Shown: piece after piece, positions 39,015 through 51,614 of the stretch
Layout: the number at the start of each line of letters is the position of its first letter
Numbering within the stretch: the stretch's first letter is position 1
DNA from: Octopus vulgaris
Lineage: Eukaryota
Assembly (NCBI GenBank): GCA_951406725.2
Contig: OX597815.1
Coordinates: 130,882,001 to 130,946,000 of the forward strand
Direction: 5' to 3'
Length of the DNA: 64,000 bases
Position numbers and translations under genes: made by a program
Notes under the pieces: model-generated
Seen by the model: the letters and a program-made list of their open reading frames with translations, nothing else
Databases searched by the model: none
Told to the model about the DNA's origin: nothing

Positions 39015-39246
39015 CTGTAAATATAATATGTGACAATTATTCAGTGGCCATGATAAAACTGAGTTTTGGATGTCGGGGTGGAAACCCACACTGTCATCTC
39101 TTCAGTTATCAGGCCATCGAAAAAATGCATTTTTTTTGATAGCCTGATAACTGAAGAGATGGCAGTGTGGGTTTCTGCCCCAACATCCGAAACCCAGAGT
39201 TTTATCATGGCCACCGAATAATTGTCACATCTTATATTTACAGATA
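39012..39246. mobile_element. Fold-back element (~110-bp arms) with a hammerhead motif in each arm (family C)
   Basis: Hairpin centred on aaaaatgcattttt. Plus arm reads GCC-TGATAA-CTGAAGA-GATG..CATCC-GAAAC-ccaga-GTT-TTATCA-T-GGC (39142-39211). Confidence 0.75.
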
Positions 39247-39959
39247 AATTCCTCTATTTACCTAATATTGAGGTCCCTTTCATTCTTTTGTTGTCTTACC
39301 ATTTCTATCAAGATATATATATATCTTTTGGTTCCTGTTCTGGTGGCATGTAAAATGCACCATTTGAACATGGCCAATGCCAAGACCACCTTGACTGGCT
39401 CCTGTGCTGGTGGCACATAAAAAGCACCCCCTTCACTCTTGGAGTGGTTGGCATTAGGAAGGGCATCCATCTGTAGAAACATTGCCAGGTCAGATTGGAG
39501 CCTGGCACAGCCACTGGCTTTCTAGACATCAGTCAAACTGTCTAACCTATGTCTGCACGGAAAACAGACATTAAACGGTGATGGTGATGAAGATGATAAT
39601 ATACATACATGCATACATACATACATACATGCATACATACATACATACATGCATACATACATACATACAATTGTGTTTTAGAATGTTGAAACTTGGAGCA
39701 GATACAGCTATAAATAATAGCATGTAAATATTGGTAATTTGGATAGAATAACACAAAGACTGCCTGTGTGATGCAAACCCACACATTCTGGAAACACAAC
39801 AGATGTTCTACAATATATATATATGTATATAATTATGGATTTATATATGGATATACATGCAATCATGGATTATTATAATGGGTTTTATTAAAGCATAGTA
39901 ACATCAGTTGGGTGGGTTTTTTTTTACACAGAAAGTATTATCTAGTAATCATTACCATC

Positions 39960-40402
39960 CTCCTCATCATCATCATCGTCATCATCATCATAATCATTTA
40001 ACGTCTGCTTTCCATGCTGGCATGGGTTAGATGGAGAGTTGCACCAGGCTCTACTCTTTTGTTTTGGAGTGTATGCGCCACTGACATGGGTGTCTCTTAT
40101 GTGTCATTGGCACTGGCATTGACTACAATTTCATTCAGCTTGGCATGTCTTCTCAAGCACCACCTCCATGAGACTCAACATTTGAATATTATGTTTTACC
40201 ATTTCGTCCCATGTCTATCTGGGTCTACACCTACAACAGGTTCCCTCCACAATTTGAAATTGGTACTTCTTTATGCAGCTGTCCTCATACCTATGCATCA
40301 CATGACCATACCAGTGCAGTCTTCTCTCTTGCTCACTTCATCTGGTGTCTCTTATACCCAGTTTTTTCTCTTAAGACATTTACACATTGTCACATGTGAC
40401 AC
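39960..40402 (-). mobile_element. Diverged RTE 3' fragment, interrupted by the SINE array and continuing at about 41480-41600
   Basis: Similar to 430-780 (catgaccataccagtgcagtc; cacactgacattgcac). Confidence 0.7.
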
Positions 40403-40409
40403 TGATATT

Positions 40410-41480
40410 CGCTTCTACTCTAGGCACAAGGCCCGAAATTTTGGGGGAGGGGGGCCAGTCAATTAGATTGACCCCAGTTAATCAAGTGGTATTTAATTTA
40501 TCAACCCCAAAAGGATGAAAAGCAATGTTGACCTCAGCAGAATTTGAACTCAGAACATAAAGACAGACGAAATACCGCTAAGCATTTCACCCGGCGTACT
40601 AACATTTCTTATTTCTTTATTGCCCAAAAGGGGACAAATATAGAGGGGACAAACAGGAACAGACAAAGGGATCAAGTCGATTACATTGATCTGAGTGCGT
40701 AACTGGTACTTGATTTATCAACCCTGAAAGCATGAATGGCAGAGTCGACCTCAGCGGAATTTGAACTCAGAATGTAGCAGCAGACGAAATACTACCAAGC
40801 GTGCTAACATTTCTTATTTCTTTATTGCCCAAAAGGGCACAAATATAGAGGGGACAAACAAGGATAGACAAAGGGATCAAGTCGATTACATCGATCTGAG
40901 TGCGTAACTGGTACTTAATTTATCGACCCTGAAAGGATGAATGGCAGAGTCGACTTTGTTGGAATTTGAACTCAGAATGTAGCAGCAGACAAAATACCAC
41001 CAAGCATTTCGTCTGGCATGCTAATGTTTCTTATTTCTTTATTGCCCAAAAGGGGCCAAATATAGAGGAGACAAACAAGGACAGACAAAGGGATCAAGTC
41101 GATTAGATCGACCCCAGTTAATCAACTGGTATTTAATTTATTGACCCCAAAAGGATGAAAGGCAATGCTGACCTCAACGGAATTTGAACTCAGAACATAA
41201 AGACAGACGAAATACTGCTAAGCATTTCGTCCGGCGTACTAACATTTCTTATTTCTTTATTGCCTAAAAGGGGACAAATATAGAGGGGACAAACAAGGAC
41301 AGACAAAGGGATCAAGTCGATTACATCGATCTGAGTGTGTAACTAGTACTTAATTTATCAACCCCGAAAGGATGAATGGCAGAGTAGACCTTGGCAGAAT
41401 TTGAATTCAGAATGTAAAGAAAGACAAAATACCACCAAGCATTTTGCCTGGTGTGCTAACGTTTCTGCCAGCTTGCTGCC
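40410..41480 (-). repeat. Tandem concatemer of five Meta-like SINE units (~217-bp period)
   Basis: aatttgaa(c/t)tcagaa recurs at 40541, 40758, 40963, 41181 and 41398. Confidence 0.9.
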
Positions 41481-42354
41481 TTTGCATGTCACACTGACAT
41501 TGCACTTGTAGTGGAGCAAACTAGCTTCATTTCTTTCAAACTTCACATGTCCTTTGCATTTACAGCCCACATTTCAAATCCATGTTGCATAACTGTTTGC
41601 TCACGAGCACTATACTATAAAATAACTATTTTCTATTTATCATTTCTGTGTCATTCAGAATTCAAACATACACTCTTTGAATACTCTTTGTTATCTGAAG
41701 TGTGTTTTTAATTCTTTTTTTATATCTATTCAACCATATCTTACTATTTCTTTTTATCATGAAAGTGTCTACTTTGTTATATCTTTTAAAATTTGTTTAC
41801 GGTTAATGATTTTCTAAATCCGCCATATGTAGGGCACATTAAAGTGTCTAGCCAGACTGAGTGTACCTCCCCTGCATACTTGTTGTATCTCTTATCTTTT
41901 ACTTGCTTCAGTCAGTAACCTCACAATCACAACACCCTAACTTCTAAGCCATGTACCTTCACATGTACATATGGGGTGTTTGCATGTCAGTGTGTGTCCT
42001 TGGGCACAAAAGATCTTATTAAACCATCCAGTCCATGCCAGCATGGAACATGGCTGTTAAATAATGATGATTAGTAAAAGAGGCCGATAGAATAAGTACT
42101 GGGCTCAATATAAAAAATAAGTTCCCTGGTTGATTTGTTTGACTAAAACATTTCTAGGCAGTGCTCCAGCATGGTCGCAGTCAAATGACTGAAACAAGTA
42201 AAAAGACTAGAATGAATATACATCATCATCATCCTCGTCATTGTTTAACGTCTGCTCTCTCTGCTGGCATGGGTTGGATGGCTTGATGTGGAGCTGGCTA
42301 GCAGGGAGCTGTCCAGACTACAACTGTCTGTTGTGACATGGTTTCTATGGCTCG

Positions 42355-42380
42355 ATCATCACCATCATTGTCATCATCAC

Positions 42381-42448
<68 letters not shown>

Positions 42449-42460
42449 CCATCATCATCC

Positions 42461-42494
<34 letters not shown>

Positions 42495-42507
42495 CCTCAT
42501 CATCATC
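42355..42507. repeat. Long (CAT)n tract (tail of a nested RTE terminus)
   Basis: Visible repeat, followed by ctttccatgcttggatgggttgg. Confidence 0.95.
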
Positions 42508-43879
42508 GCTTTCCATGCTTGGATGGGTTGGGTGGTTTGACTGAGAACTAGCAGGCTCCAATCTAATCTGGCAAGGTTTCTATAGCTGGATGCCCTTTCT
42601 AATGCCAACCAGTTAACAAAGAGTGCAGGGTGCTTTTTACATAATATCAGCATGGGTGCATTTATGCAGCACCAGCAGAAGTGTGTTAAACACAGAACCA
42701 GTACAAGTGCAGTATGTGTGGAACACAGTGATTGTATATAGTTAAACAATGATAACAATTACAACATGGAAAACACATTTTTAGCCCTTCTTGTAAAGTA
42801 AGCTTCTTAATCATGCCTTCACCTTTTATTTACAATATTACTTTTTGAGTTCAAATTCTGCTGAGGTCAATATTGCCTTTCATCCTTTCAGGGCCAATTA
42901 AATAAGTACCAGTTAATCACTTGGGTCGATGTAATCAACTTAATCCCCTTGTCTGTTCTTGTTTGTCTGCTCTATGTTTAGCTCCCTGTGGGCAATAAAG
43001 AAATAAATATTTAATTAAATACAAGTTGGCAAGCTGGCAGAAATGTTAGCATGCCAGGCGAAATGCTTAGCAGTATTTCGTCTGTCTTTGCTCTTTATCC
43101 TTTCGGGATTTATAAATTAAGTACCAGTTGCGTACTGGGGTCGATCTAATCGACTGGCACCCTCCCCCAAAATTTCAGGCCTTGTGTCAAGAGTGGAAAA
43201 GAATATTTAATCAAATATGATTACTTTTCACATCCATTTAATACCGTTATATAGTGTTGCCATTGGTTGCATGCTTTGAATTGTCAATCAATAATCATCT
43301 TGAAAATATAACTTGTCTGATTATTTTCTTTATAATTATTCACGGCATTTAAATTTAAAGTGTCATTTTTCTGATGACTAGTTTTTCCTGGCCACAAGTG
43401 TGACTTTTTCTTTGTGACTTTTTTTTCCATTTGCTGCTGATAACAGGTGATCTTTGTTTAACTGTTGAGGTTTGTATCCTAGGAGGATTCATTATGTTCT
43501 TGGATCTGCTGGTATTTTGAATGAATATGTCCAGTGTTTATTGATGTACATGATCAGTTAATAAATATCTAACTGTCTTTTGTGTGCACGCACACACACA
43601 CACACACACACATTCATACATACAAGCATTCATTCACACACATACATAGATGCAAACATGCTTACATGCATGCATGCTTACATACACATACATAGAAGCA
43701 TGCAAGCATATATGCATACGTATATACATATATATAAACACATACACATATGTACATAGATATATACCTCCTACCCAACCCAGTATGGAAAGATGTAAAA
43801 TAACGATGATGATGATAATGTGTATGAGTGTGCATGCACACTCGTATGTACAAGTATGAAGGCAGTTCTCAAGCATGAC

Positions 43880-44222
43880 CCACCTGCCAACCCCACTCAT
43901 CCACTCGCCCAACCAACCAACCAATCAATCAATCAACCAACCAGTCAGCCAGCCAACAAACCAGCCAGCCAGCCAGCCAGCTACCCAACCAGCAAACCAG
44001 CAAACCAGCCAGCCAGCCAACAAACCAGCCAACAAACCAGCCAACCAACCAACCTACCAACCAACCAACCTACCAACCAACCAGTCAGCCAGCCAACAAA
44101 CCAGGCAGCCACCCAACAAACCAGCCCGCCAAACCAGCCCGCCAGCCAGCCAACAAACCAGCCAGCCAATAAACCAGCCAGTCACCCAACAAACCAGCCA
44201 GCCAGCCAACCAACCAGCCAAC
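43880..44222. repeat. (CCAA/CCAG)n tetranucleotide compound repeat
   Basis: Visible repeat; source of the QPTN ORFs. Confidence 0.92.
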
Positions 44223-44409
44223 ATTTATATTTGCTACTATTTTATAAGAATTTTCTCTTGGTTAATCTGAATTAATAATGGATGTTAACATTTATTTTAG
44301 TTCTAAAAGTTTTGAGTAAAACCCTAAAAATTCCAGAGAAATTTTAGAATATAATAATTAGCAATATTGTTGTTAATCATCTGCTATAATAATACTCTTC
44401 TGTTTTTCT

Positions 44410-44548
44410 CCATCACAACATATGAAAGAAAAAGGAAGGGGTGATAGATGAATAACGAAGGAAGGGGTGATGGCAAACTGTTAGTGAGCGCATTTCAACC
44501 CTGTATGAGTACATGTGTGTGTGTGTATGTAAAAGGGAGGTATGTGAA

Positions 44549-44590
<42 letters not shown>

Positions 44591-44917
44591 TGTGTGTGTG
44601 TATGTGTGTGTGTGGTGTGTGTGTGTAAGTGTGCAATGGAAGTGGGATGGTGAAAATTCAACACTGAAAAGAAAAACCAAACAGCATTTCAGCTCTGTGT
44701 GAGTATATGTGTATATGTGTGTGCATATATAAGGGAAGTGTGTGAATGTTTGTATGTGTGAACCAGTGTTCTTTCGGTAACCAACGATGATCGCTGTAAC
44801 ATCTCAAAAGACAACCATTAGATAACATTGACAAGTGTATTAATTTGATTTAACATCCATATTTATATATAAAATACTACAATTAGCCGTCACTTTTGAC
44901 AGCACAGGGCCAGCTAG
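44410..44917 (+). mobile_element. Non-autonomous Helitron 3' portion
   Basis: Hairpin gccgtca-cttt-tgacagc about 10 nt before CTAG|T (44914-44917). Internal part recurs inverted at about 60730-60960. Confidence 0.6.
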
Positions 44918-44952
44918 TAAGCTTATATCTCTGTGACATTTTCTTCTTCCAG

Positions 44953-45028
44953 AGTGCGAAAACCTTTGACAAATTTTAATGATGCATCACCTTTCTTCAA
45001 GAACAATACAAAAGAAATATCAAGCAAT
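44953..45028 (+). CDS. Candidate internal coding exon (76 nt, phase 2-0; (R)VRKPLTNFNDASPFFKNNTKEISSN)
   Basis: Acceptor cattttcttcttccag, donor AAT|gtgagt. The only open frame is the one compatible with exon 3569-3727. Confidence 0.6.
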
Positions 45029-45739
45029 GTGAGTTTCTTTTTCGTTCTTTCTTTCATTTCATTTGATTGAGATAAAAGAACACTGAACTAAATCTTTTAC
45101 ATTGTTTAATTTTGTTCCTTTCAGTTCTGCTAAATTAAATTTTACCATTCATCATTTAGCATCACAGAAACAACTAACTGGAGTTGATTCAAAATTTCAC
45201 TTTTCTCCAGTTCAAAGAAAATGTCAATCCTGTTTTTCTCTCATGCAAATGTATTTATCATCCTTATTTTTGTTCATGTTTTAAACATTATTTATGCAAT
45301 ATTATAATAAGATTAAACTTTTTTTTTTATTAGTCAAATCAATTTTATCAAGTTGCTCTTCAAAGGATTGAAGTGTTTCTTTAAATTAGACTTGATCAAC
45401 TGTTCTCCACCAACACTTATAAGATAATCGAAATGTTTCCCACTTTAATCAACAGTTCGTTAATCCTCAAAAGGACTGACTGAATAATTCTAATTTGATG
45501 CTACTTCGATCTACACAGACCAGCAAATCTGGATGTCAGTAGAAAATCTTTGGGTATACCCAACAGAAAAAACTTTAGCATGAAAAATAAACACTGCTGG
45601 TGCATCAGTAATCTATGTAACAGAACTAACAACTGCATATGTGTCAAACATACAAATCAGTCTAGTTATAAGCATAACAACAGTAACTGTTTCATAGTGG
45701 CAGGAAGATGAAATGTCCTCATATAATGGAAGTATTGTG

Positions 45740-45865
45740 TTCCTGACAATCTCATTGTAACTTGGAATTCTATAATGTGAAACCTATTTTCTCATTGACT
45801 TCCATGTTACATGGAAATAGGTTTCACATCACAGAAGCCCAATGCCAAAGCAAGATTCCCAGGAA
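45740..45865. repeat. Degenerate palindromic MITE-like element
   Basis: atgtgaaacctattt / aaataggtttcacat plus outer ttcctg..aatct / agatt..caggaa. Confidence 0.55.
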
Positions 45866-47270
45866 TGTAAAACCCTTGTAATGCTGAGTATGCCTGTACT
45901 TTCTAATAATCATTCTTTGAAATCACTCTTTCTCTCCCTCCGTTTTTTATCCCAACTCTCTCTCCGTGTCTGTCTATTTCTCTCTTCATGTGTTATACTC
46001 TCCCCCCTCTCTCTCTTCACATGTCATACCTATAGGTGTTAGCAGTCATGTCTAAAGTTTCACAATTATTCTTGGAAAAGATACACCAGTGGTCTTTTAT
46101 TGCATTTTGTTAGTTCATTTACAGTTTACTCTGTTAGTCTCCTGCTCTCTCAAGCTTTCTCTTGCAGTACAGGGCCTATTTAATCCTTCAGACAGGAGGA
46201 CCAGTTCATGTAACACCAGGGTATATCCACACACCAGTGGGTCTTTATGATGCATGTCTAGGAACCAGCCTTCTTCTGAGTCATGTATGCATCAGTCACA
46301 GGGCCATTTGTTCTTTCCTCCATAAATGAGGTCCTTGACAGGTACTACCATCCTGGGCCAGAGTGGACTTAAGAGAAAGGGTGATTAAGGCCTAAGTCCA
46401 TTCTCTCACAAATTCCTGAACTCAAATGCAAAGGGCATTTTCGGCACACATCCATCCGCTCGTCCATCTATTTGTCTTCCGTTGGTCCATCCACCTACCT
46501 GTCCATCCATCATTCGATTGATCCATCCATCCATCCATCTAACCACCCATCCGTACATACATGGTTGTTGTTGCTTCTTCTTCAAAGATGATTGTCATCT
46601 CTTTGTGCTCCTTTGTTGCCAATGGCGTTTCTGACTTTCTGTCCATGACCTCTTAAATGATTTTTCGGTCTTGCTACAGAACTGCAGCACTGTACACTTC
46701 CAAATGGTTAGCTTTGCTCACATCATCACTCTTCCATTGCTATCAGACTTTCAGCAGATGGTATGATGAATAAGGTCACCATAAAGAGACATTCGTATGT
46801 CATTGGATTATTGTGATAAATGCTTGTACAACATGAAGTCTACTCCCTTAGTCTCTATGACTAGTTCTTTGTGACAGGCCAATTTGAGATGACCAGTAAT
46901 TGCGTGAAGTGGCAGGTTTTACCTCAGAGTACCTCTCCAAGGAGGCTGTAACTGGGATTTGTATAGCTGTAGACACATACATATGTAAGTATGCATGCAT
47001 AGAGACAGGCAGACAGATAGCTGGACATACACACATATACACACACAATACACATACTCACACATACATACATACACACATTTATAAATACATACTCACA
47101 TACATATATCCATACATACATACATGCACACATGCACACACACACACTCATACACACATACATACAAACATACATACATGCATGTACACATGCACACACA
47201 CACACATACACACATACATAATACAAACATGCATACATGCATGCACACATGCATACATGCATGCACACAT

Positions 47271-47322
<52 letters not shown>

Positions 47323-47326
<4 letters not shown>

Positions 47327-47948
47327 CTTTTTTTATTTTCTCTCCATGTTTATTTTTGTGTTCCTTTCTGTTGAAGAGTGTAGGCTCGAAATGTAAAAGA
47401 CTCTCTCACTTCCCGAGCGTTAAGCTAGTACCTCTGTTTGTTGTTTATACACTCGTCTTCGTCTTTTGTTTTTTTGTAAATTCTCACTATATATTACACT
47501 CTCACGAGGTTGTACCAGTTTCATCCTGTCTCCACCTCATAACACTTCAAACTTTTCTTGGACTATTCTACCTGGATTCTCTACTTGGACTTTCTACTCT
47601 CCTACACTTGGACTTCTACACTTCGGCTGCATCTCTCCTACCCATGGATTACACTGGACTCTTCTGTTGAGAAATCGCTCCAATACACCACAACGTTTGA
47701 ACCTTTTGAACTTTTCTAAACTTTTTTGTACTTTCTGCTTTTTCCTATTGTTGTTCACCATGATAGATTGCTAGCCAGTAAACCTTTTTTTTATTTTCTC
47801 TCCCTGTTTATTTCTGTGTTCCTTTCTGTCGAAGAGCATAGGCTCGAAACGTAAAAGACTCTCTATCTTCCCGAGCATTAAACTAATACATCTGTTTGTT
47901 GTTTACACACCCATCTTTGTCTTTTTTTTTGCTTGTAAATACTCACTA
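47323..47948 (+). mobile_element. Non-coding Penelope-type unit: pLTR(HHR) - 290-bp internal - pLTR(HHR)
   Basis: Direct repeats 47323-47490 and 47780-47948, each with CTTT-CTGTNGA-A-GAGY-RTAG-GCTC-GAAAY-GTA-AAAG. Flanked by (CA)n and (TACA)n. Confidence 0.75.
47822..47857 (+). ncRNA. Minimal type I hammerhead ribozyme motif (A6U core variant)
   Basis: Stem I CTTT/AAAG, core CTGTCGA+A, stem II GAGC/GCTC, GAAAC, GUA cleavage triplet. The self-complementary ACGT replaces stem III. Confidence 0.6.
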
Positions 47949-49263
47949 CATACATACATACATACATACATTTTGTACTTTGAACTCCCACGCCTTCATT
48001 ATGTCTCTGAGTATTTGAATGCTGGGTAAATAGGAATGAAAAAGCATTTGAATCTCACATCTATAATTCATCTGAGAAATACAGAAATGCATTATGGACA
48101 TTATTTTAATTACATAATAAAATTGTATTTTTATGACTAGTAACATTAGTGATACACTGATAAAATTGGTTGAATTTTGGTCTGAATTTAGTGTAGCATA
48201 GCAAATTAATGCTGTACGAAATAGAATAAAAATCTAACTCAAGTTTAACGAGCATCTGAAATTAATCTTTTCGTTTGCAGTCACCAATGTGACTATAGAT
48301 GAAATATTTATAAATTTATTTGGCAAAAGACTGAAATGATAATAATTATCTGAAAAGAAAAAAAGCTCACCAAAAATATTTTAATTATAATTATATTCTT
48401 AATTGATAAATATATTTATTTTTCTTAATGGATAACTATATTAAAATATTGATTTAGTTTTAATTCAATTTCCAATATTTGAAGCCAGTTTTACTGACAA
48501 AATTCTCACCAGAACATGTGGTAATTATGTCATTATAATTGCTTCAAATTTTGGTAGAAGGCCAGTAATTTTAGTGGGTGGGGACTCGTTAATTACATAG
48601 ACCCCAGTGCTCAGCTGCTGTATAGTTTATTTGTCTTGAAAAGATGAAAGGAAACATCACCCCCAACAGAACTTGAACTCAGGACATAAAGGGTTGGAAG
48701 AAATACTACCAAGCATTTTGTCTAACATGCTTACAAATCTGCCAGCTTACCACCTTAACTATCGTTTCTAGTATAGGCACATTGCCTGAAAATTTGTGAA
48801 AGATATTTGATTACATCACCTTCAGTGCTCAACTGATATTTATTTCATCAATCTTCAAAGGATGAAAGGCAAAGTCGACCTTGGCAGAATTTGAACTCAG
48901 AATGTAAACACGGACGAAATGCCACTAAGCACTTTGTCCAGTGTGAAAATGATTCTGCTAGTTTGCTCCCTTAATTATACCATTATAATTCTTTCTACTA
49001 TAGGCACAAGGCCTGAAATTTTGGGGAAGGGGACAAGTTCATTACATCAACCCCAGTACTCAACTGGTACTTAATTTATTGACCCCAAAAGGATAAGAGG
49101 CAAAGTCGACCTTGGTGGAATTTGAACTAAGAACATAGAGATGGGTGAAAGGTCACTAAGCATTTTTCCTGGCATGCAAACAATTCTGCCAGCTCAGAAC
49201 GATGATGATGATGATGATGACGACGACGACGACGACCACTACCACCACCACCACTACCACCAC

Positions 49264-49413
49264 CACAAACCCAAAGGCATCATTGAAAATGATAATGCAA
49301 AGATCCCGTAGGATTTTATGATTTAAGGCAACCATGAGATAGAGAATAGGAAGCCAGACATAGTCTTAATTGAGAAAGAAAGAAAACTATGCTGGATCAT
49401 AGATATAGCATGC
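49264..49413 (+). pseudogene. R4/Dong-like restriction-like endonuclease (RLE) fragment
   Basis: HKPKGIIENDNAKIP*DFMI*GNHEIENRKPDIVLIEKERKLCWIIDIAC (RKPD..IID motif). Confidence 0.75.
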
Positions 49414-49414
49414 T

Positions 49415-51130
49415 CAGCTGTTTGTGGGCTGTTTTGCTTAGGTTGTATTATAGAATTGTTAGTGTCTTGTGTAGGATGTGGGCTGTCCCTAGCAGGGCTA
49501 TTATTTGGATAGTGTGTAGTATTGAGGATCCAGGTATAGCTTCTATGTTTTTTGTTTACATGTCTTTTTATCATGCTTCATTTTGGACAATATTTTGATC
49601 AGAAGGGATTGCAATGCTATTAGTAAGCAGGTGTTTTGTTCCCAATCCTTGATTATTATGTTTGGGTGATTAGTTTTTATTTCTTTGTCGTTTTGAACCA
49701 ACATATTCCAAATGATTGTGGCCTGGTTGTTGTCTTGTACCTTATTTGGCACATGTTTATACCACCTATTATCAGTTTTAATAGTCCAGAGCTTTTGAGC
49801 CATTGTTGGCTTATACTTAGGCTCACTTCCTCTGTGTCAAGCCCTGAAGTAATTTTTCTCTCCATTTCTTCATCAGTATCTTTTGTAATTCTGTTTACAT
49901 GTTGCTTTTTGGTTTCTTTGACCACTTGTCATCTGAGGTCAATGTATCAGTGTAGTTTGTTTCTGTTTTGTGTTTTGTTACCTCCTTGTGTATAGAGAAA
50001 AGCATTTTCTTTTTCTCAAGTTGCTTTATTACATGCAGAAGTCTTCCACTTTTTGTTTCTTAGTACTTTCCTAGTCCAACTGTTGTTATCTTATAATAAT
50101 TCTCTATCTGTATCAGGCCACAGTCCCCTTCTGGGTGGGGTAGATATATTGTTTGCGTCTGCTTTGGTGTGGTGGCTTCTGTACACTGTTTGTAGTTTCC
50201 TGGTTTTTCTATCTTAGCATCTATTCATATAGTTTTTTTTGTTTAACTTTCTGTAAAAACTTCTTGTGTTTACTTTGAATTTTCTATTTTGTTGGAAGAA
50301 GCATTCCCATTTTCAATATCATTTTATGCAGCAAGTTCTTGCTGTTCATTTTTTTCTTTTACCTCTTCTTTATTTCTTATGCTGTATTGTTTTGTTATAT
50401 GGACCCTTTTTTTTAATTTCTCATATTTGATCTTGCTTTCTCTAATTCACAAAGTAGTGTTAAGTCTTTCTTTTGCTTATGAATTATATTTATTATGATC
50501 TGTTTCCATTTTGGGGTTTGAGATTTGGCTGGGATTTTTTTTTTCTTCATAAGGGTCAAGTTCAGTTTTCCTTGATATCCCTACAGCTATTGAGTAGATC
50601 AGGTCATTTAGTTTGCTGATATCCAGTGTATCCTTTGAGAAGGTCATTATTACTTGTAAGGCTCTGATGCATCTATCTATCCTTTCATAGAGCTTTTTAT
50701 TTTCCTGTAGCCTTGGGAGATGTTTACACTGGTTCATATTTATTGACTGAGTGATCTTTAGTTCTTCTACTTTCATTATTCCTGCATTCAGTTCATCTCT
50801 GTCCTCGGTTATTGCTGGTCTGTTATGGTGTATGTTATTTTGTTTGTTCTTCTTTTCTGCTTCAATATTTGCCTGTCTATGTGTGTTGTTGATTTGCTGT
50901 GCTGTTCTATTTATTTTTGGGTTGGGTAGCTATGTAGAAATTTTGCTTTAGTTTAACCTTTTATTTACTGTGTGTAGTGTTATCTCTGTTGTGTTTCCTT
51001 CTTTCTTTTGTTGTGTTTTATGCGTTTTTGGGGATATAATGTCTTATGTGCAATTTCTGCCTGATTGCAGCCCATTGTCTTGAGTTATGAGGTATTTTGT
51101 TTTATTTTCCGTATGTATTTTATCTATTAG
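49415..51130 (-). mobile_element. Highly decayed R4/Dong-like non-LTR retrotransposon
   Basis: WYKHVPNKVQDNNQATIIWNMLVQNDKEIKTNHPNIIIKD..TCLLI (RLE region), SQQWLKSSGL and DISKLNDLIYS. Confidence 0.7.
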
Positions 51131-51236
51131 TTTGTTTATTTTGATTTGGGTCACTTTTCCCTCTTGCAGGATATATCGCTGGACATTTGCAAAAGTATTC
51201 TCCAAGAAATTTCCCTATCTATCAGTAATATTATCA

Positions 51237-51602
51237 TTATTACCTCCGCCTTAGTGAAGGCAGAGGTAAAGTTTTCAGTCATGTTTGTTTGTCCATGGAC
51301 AAGATATCTCAAGAACCGTGGGATGGATTCAGACGAAACTTTGAGGGATGTTTGGCTTCGTGACTGGCACAAACTGATTAGATTTTGGGATCAATCTAGT
51401 ATTGGACAAGGATTCTGGATTATATTTCCTGTTTTTTTACTTAATTTTTGAGAGTGGTTGCATTCATTCTTAGTATTCTCGTTTGTGAGAACAGTCGAGT
51501 TTATTTCAGATATTCTCATTTTAAAAATCATCTCTGGCTAACCGTTGAAAGGACGCTGGTGTTGCGTTGGTGGAGGTTTGTGCTCCCTGAGTTCCCATTG
51601 TT
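51237..51602 (+). mobile_element. Helentron-associated (DINE-1/HINE-like) element
   Basis: 5' ttattacctccgcc-ttagtgaa-ggcagaggt palindrome, (GTTT)n, 3' subterminal IR ggtggaggt plus a short hairpin, TT ends. Confidence 0.7.
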
Positions 51603-51614
51603 ATTTAAAACTGC

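Noticed and set aside
46168-46220. Possible exon after ctttctcttgcag
   Set aside because: Only weak donors (gtaaca, gtatat) and the frame is ambiguous.
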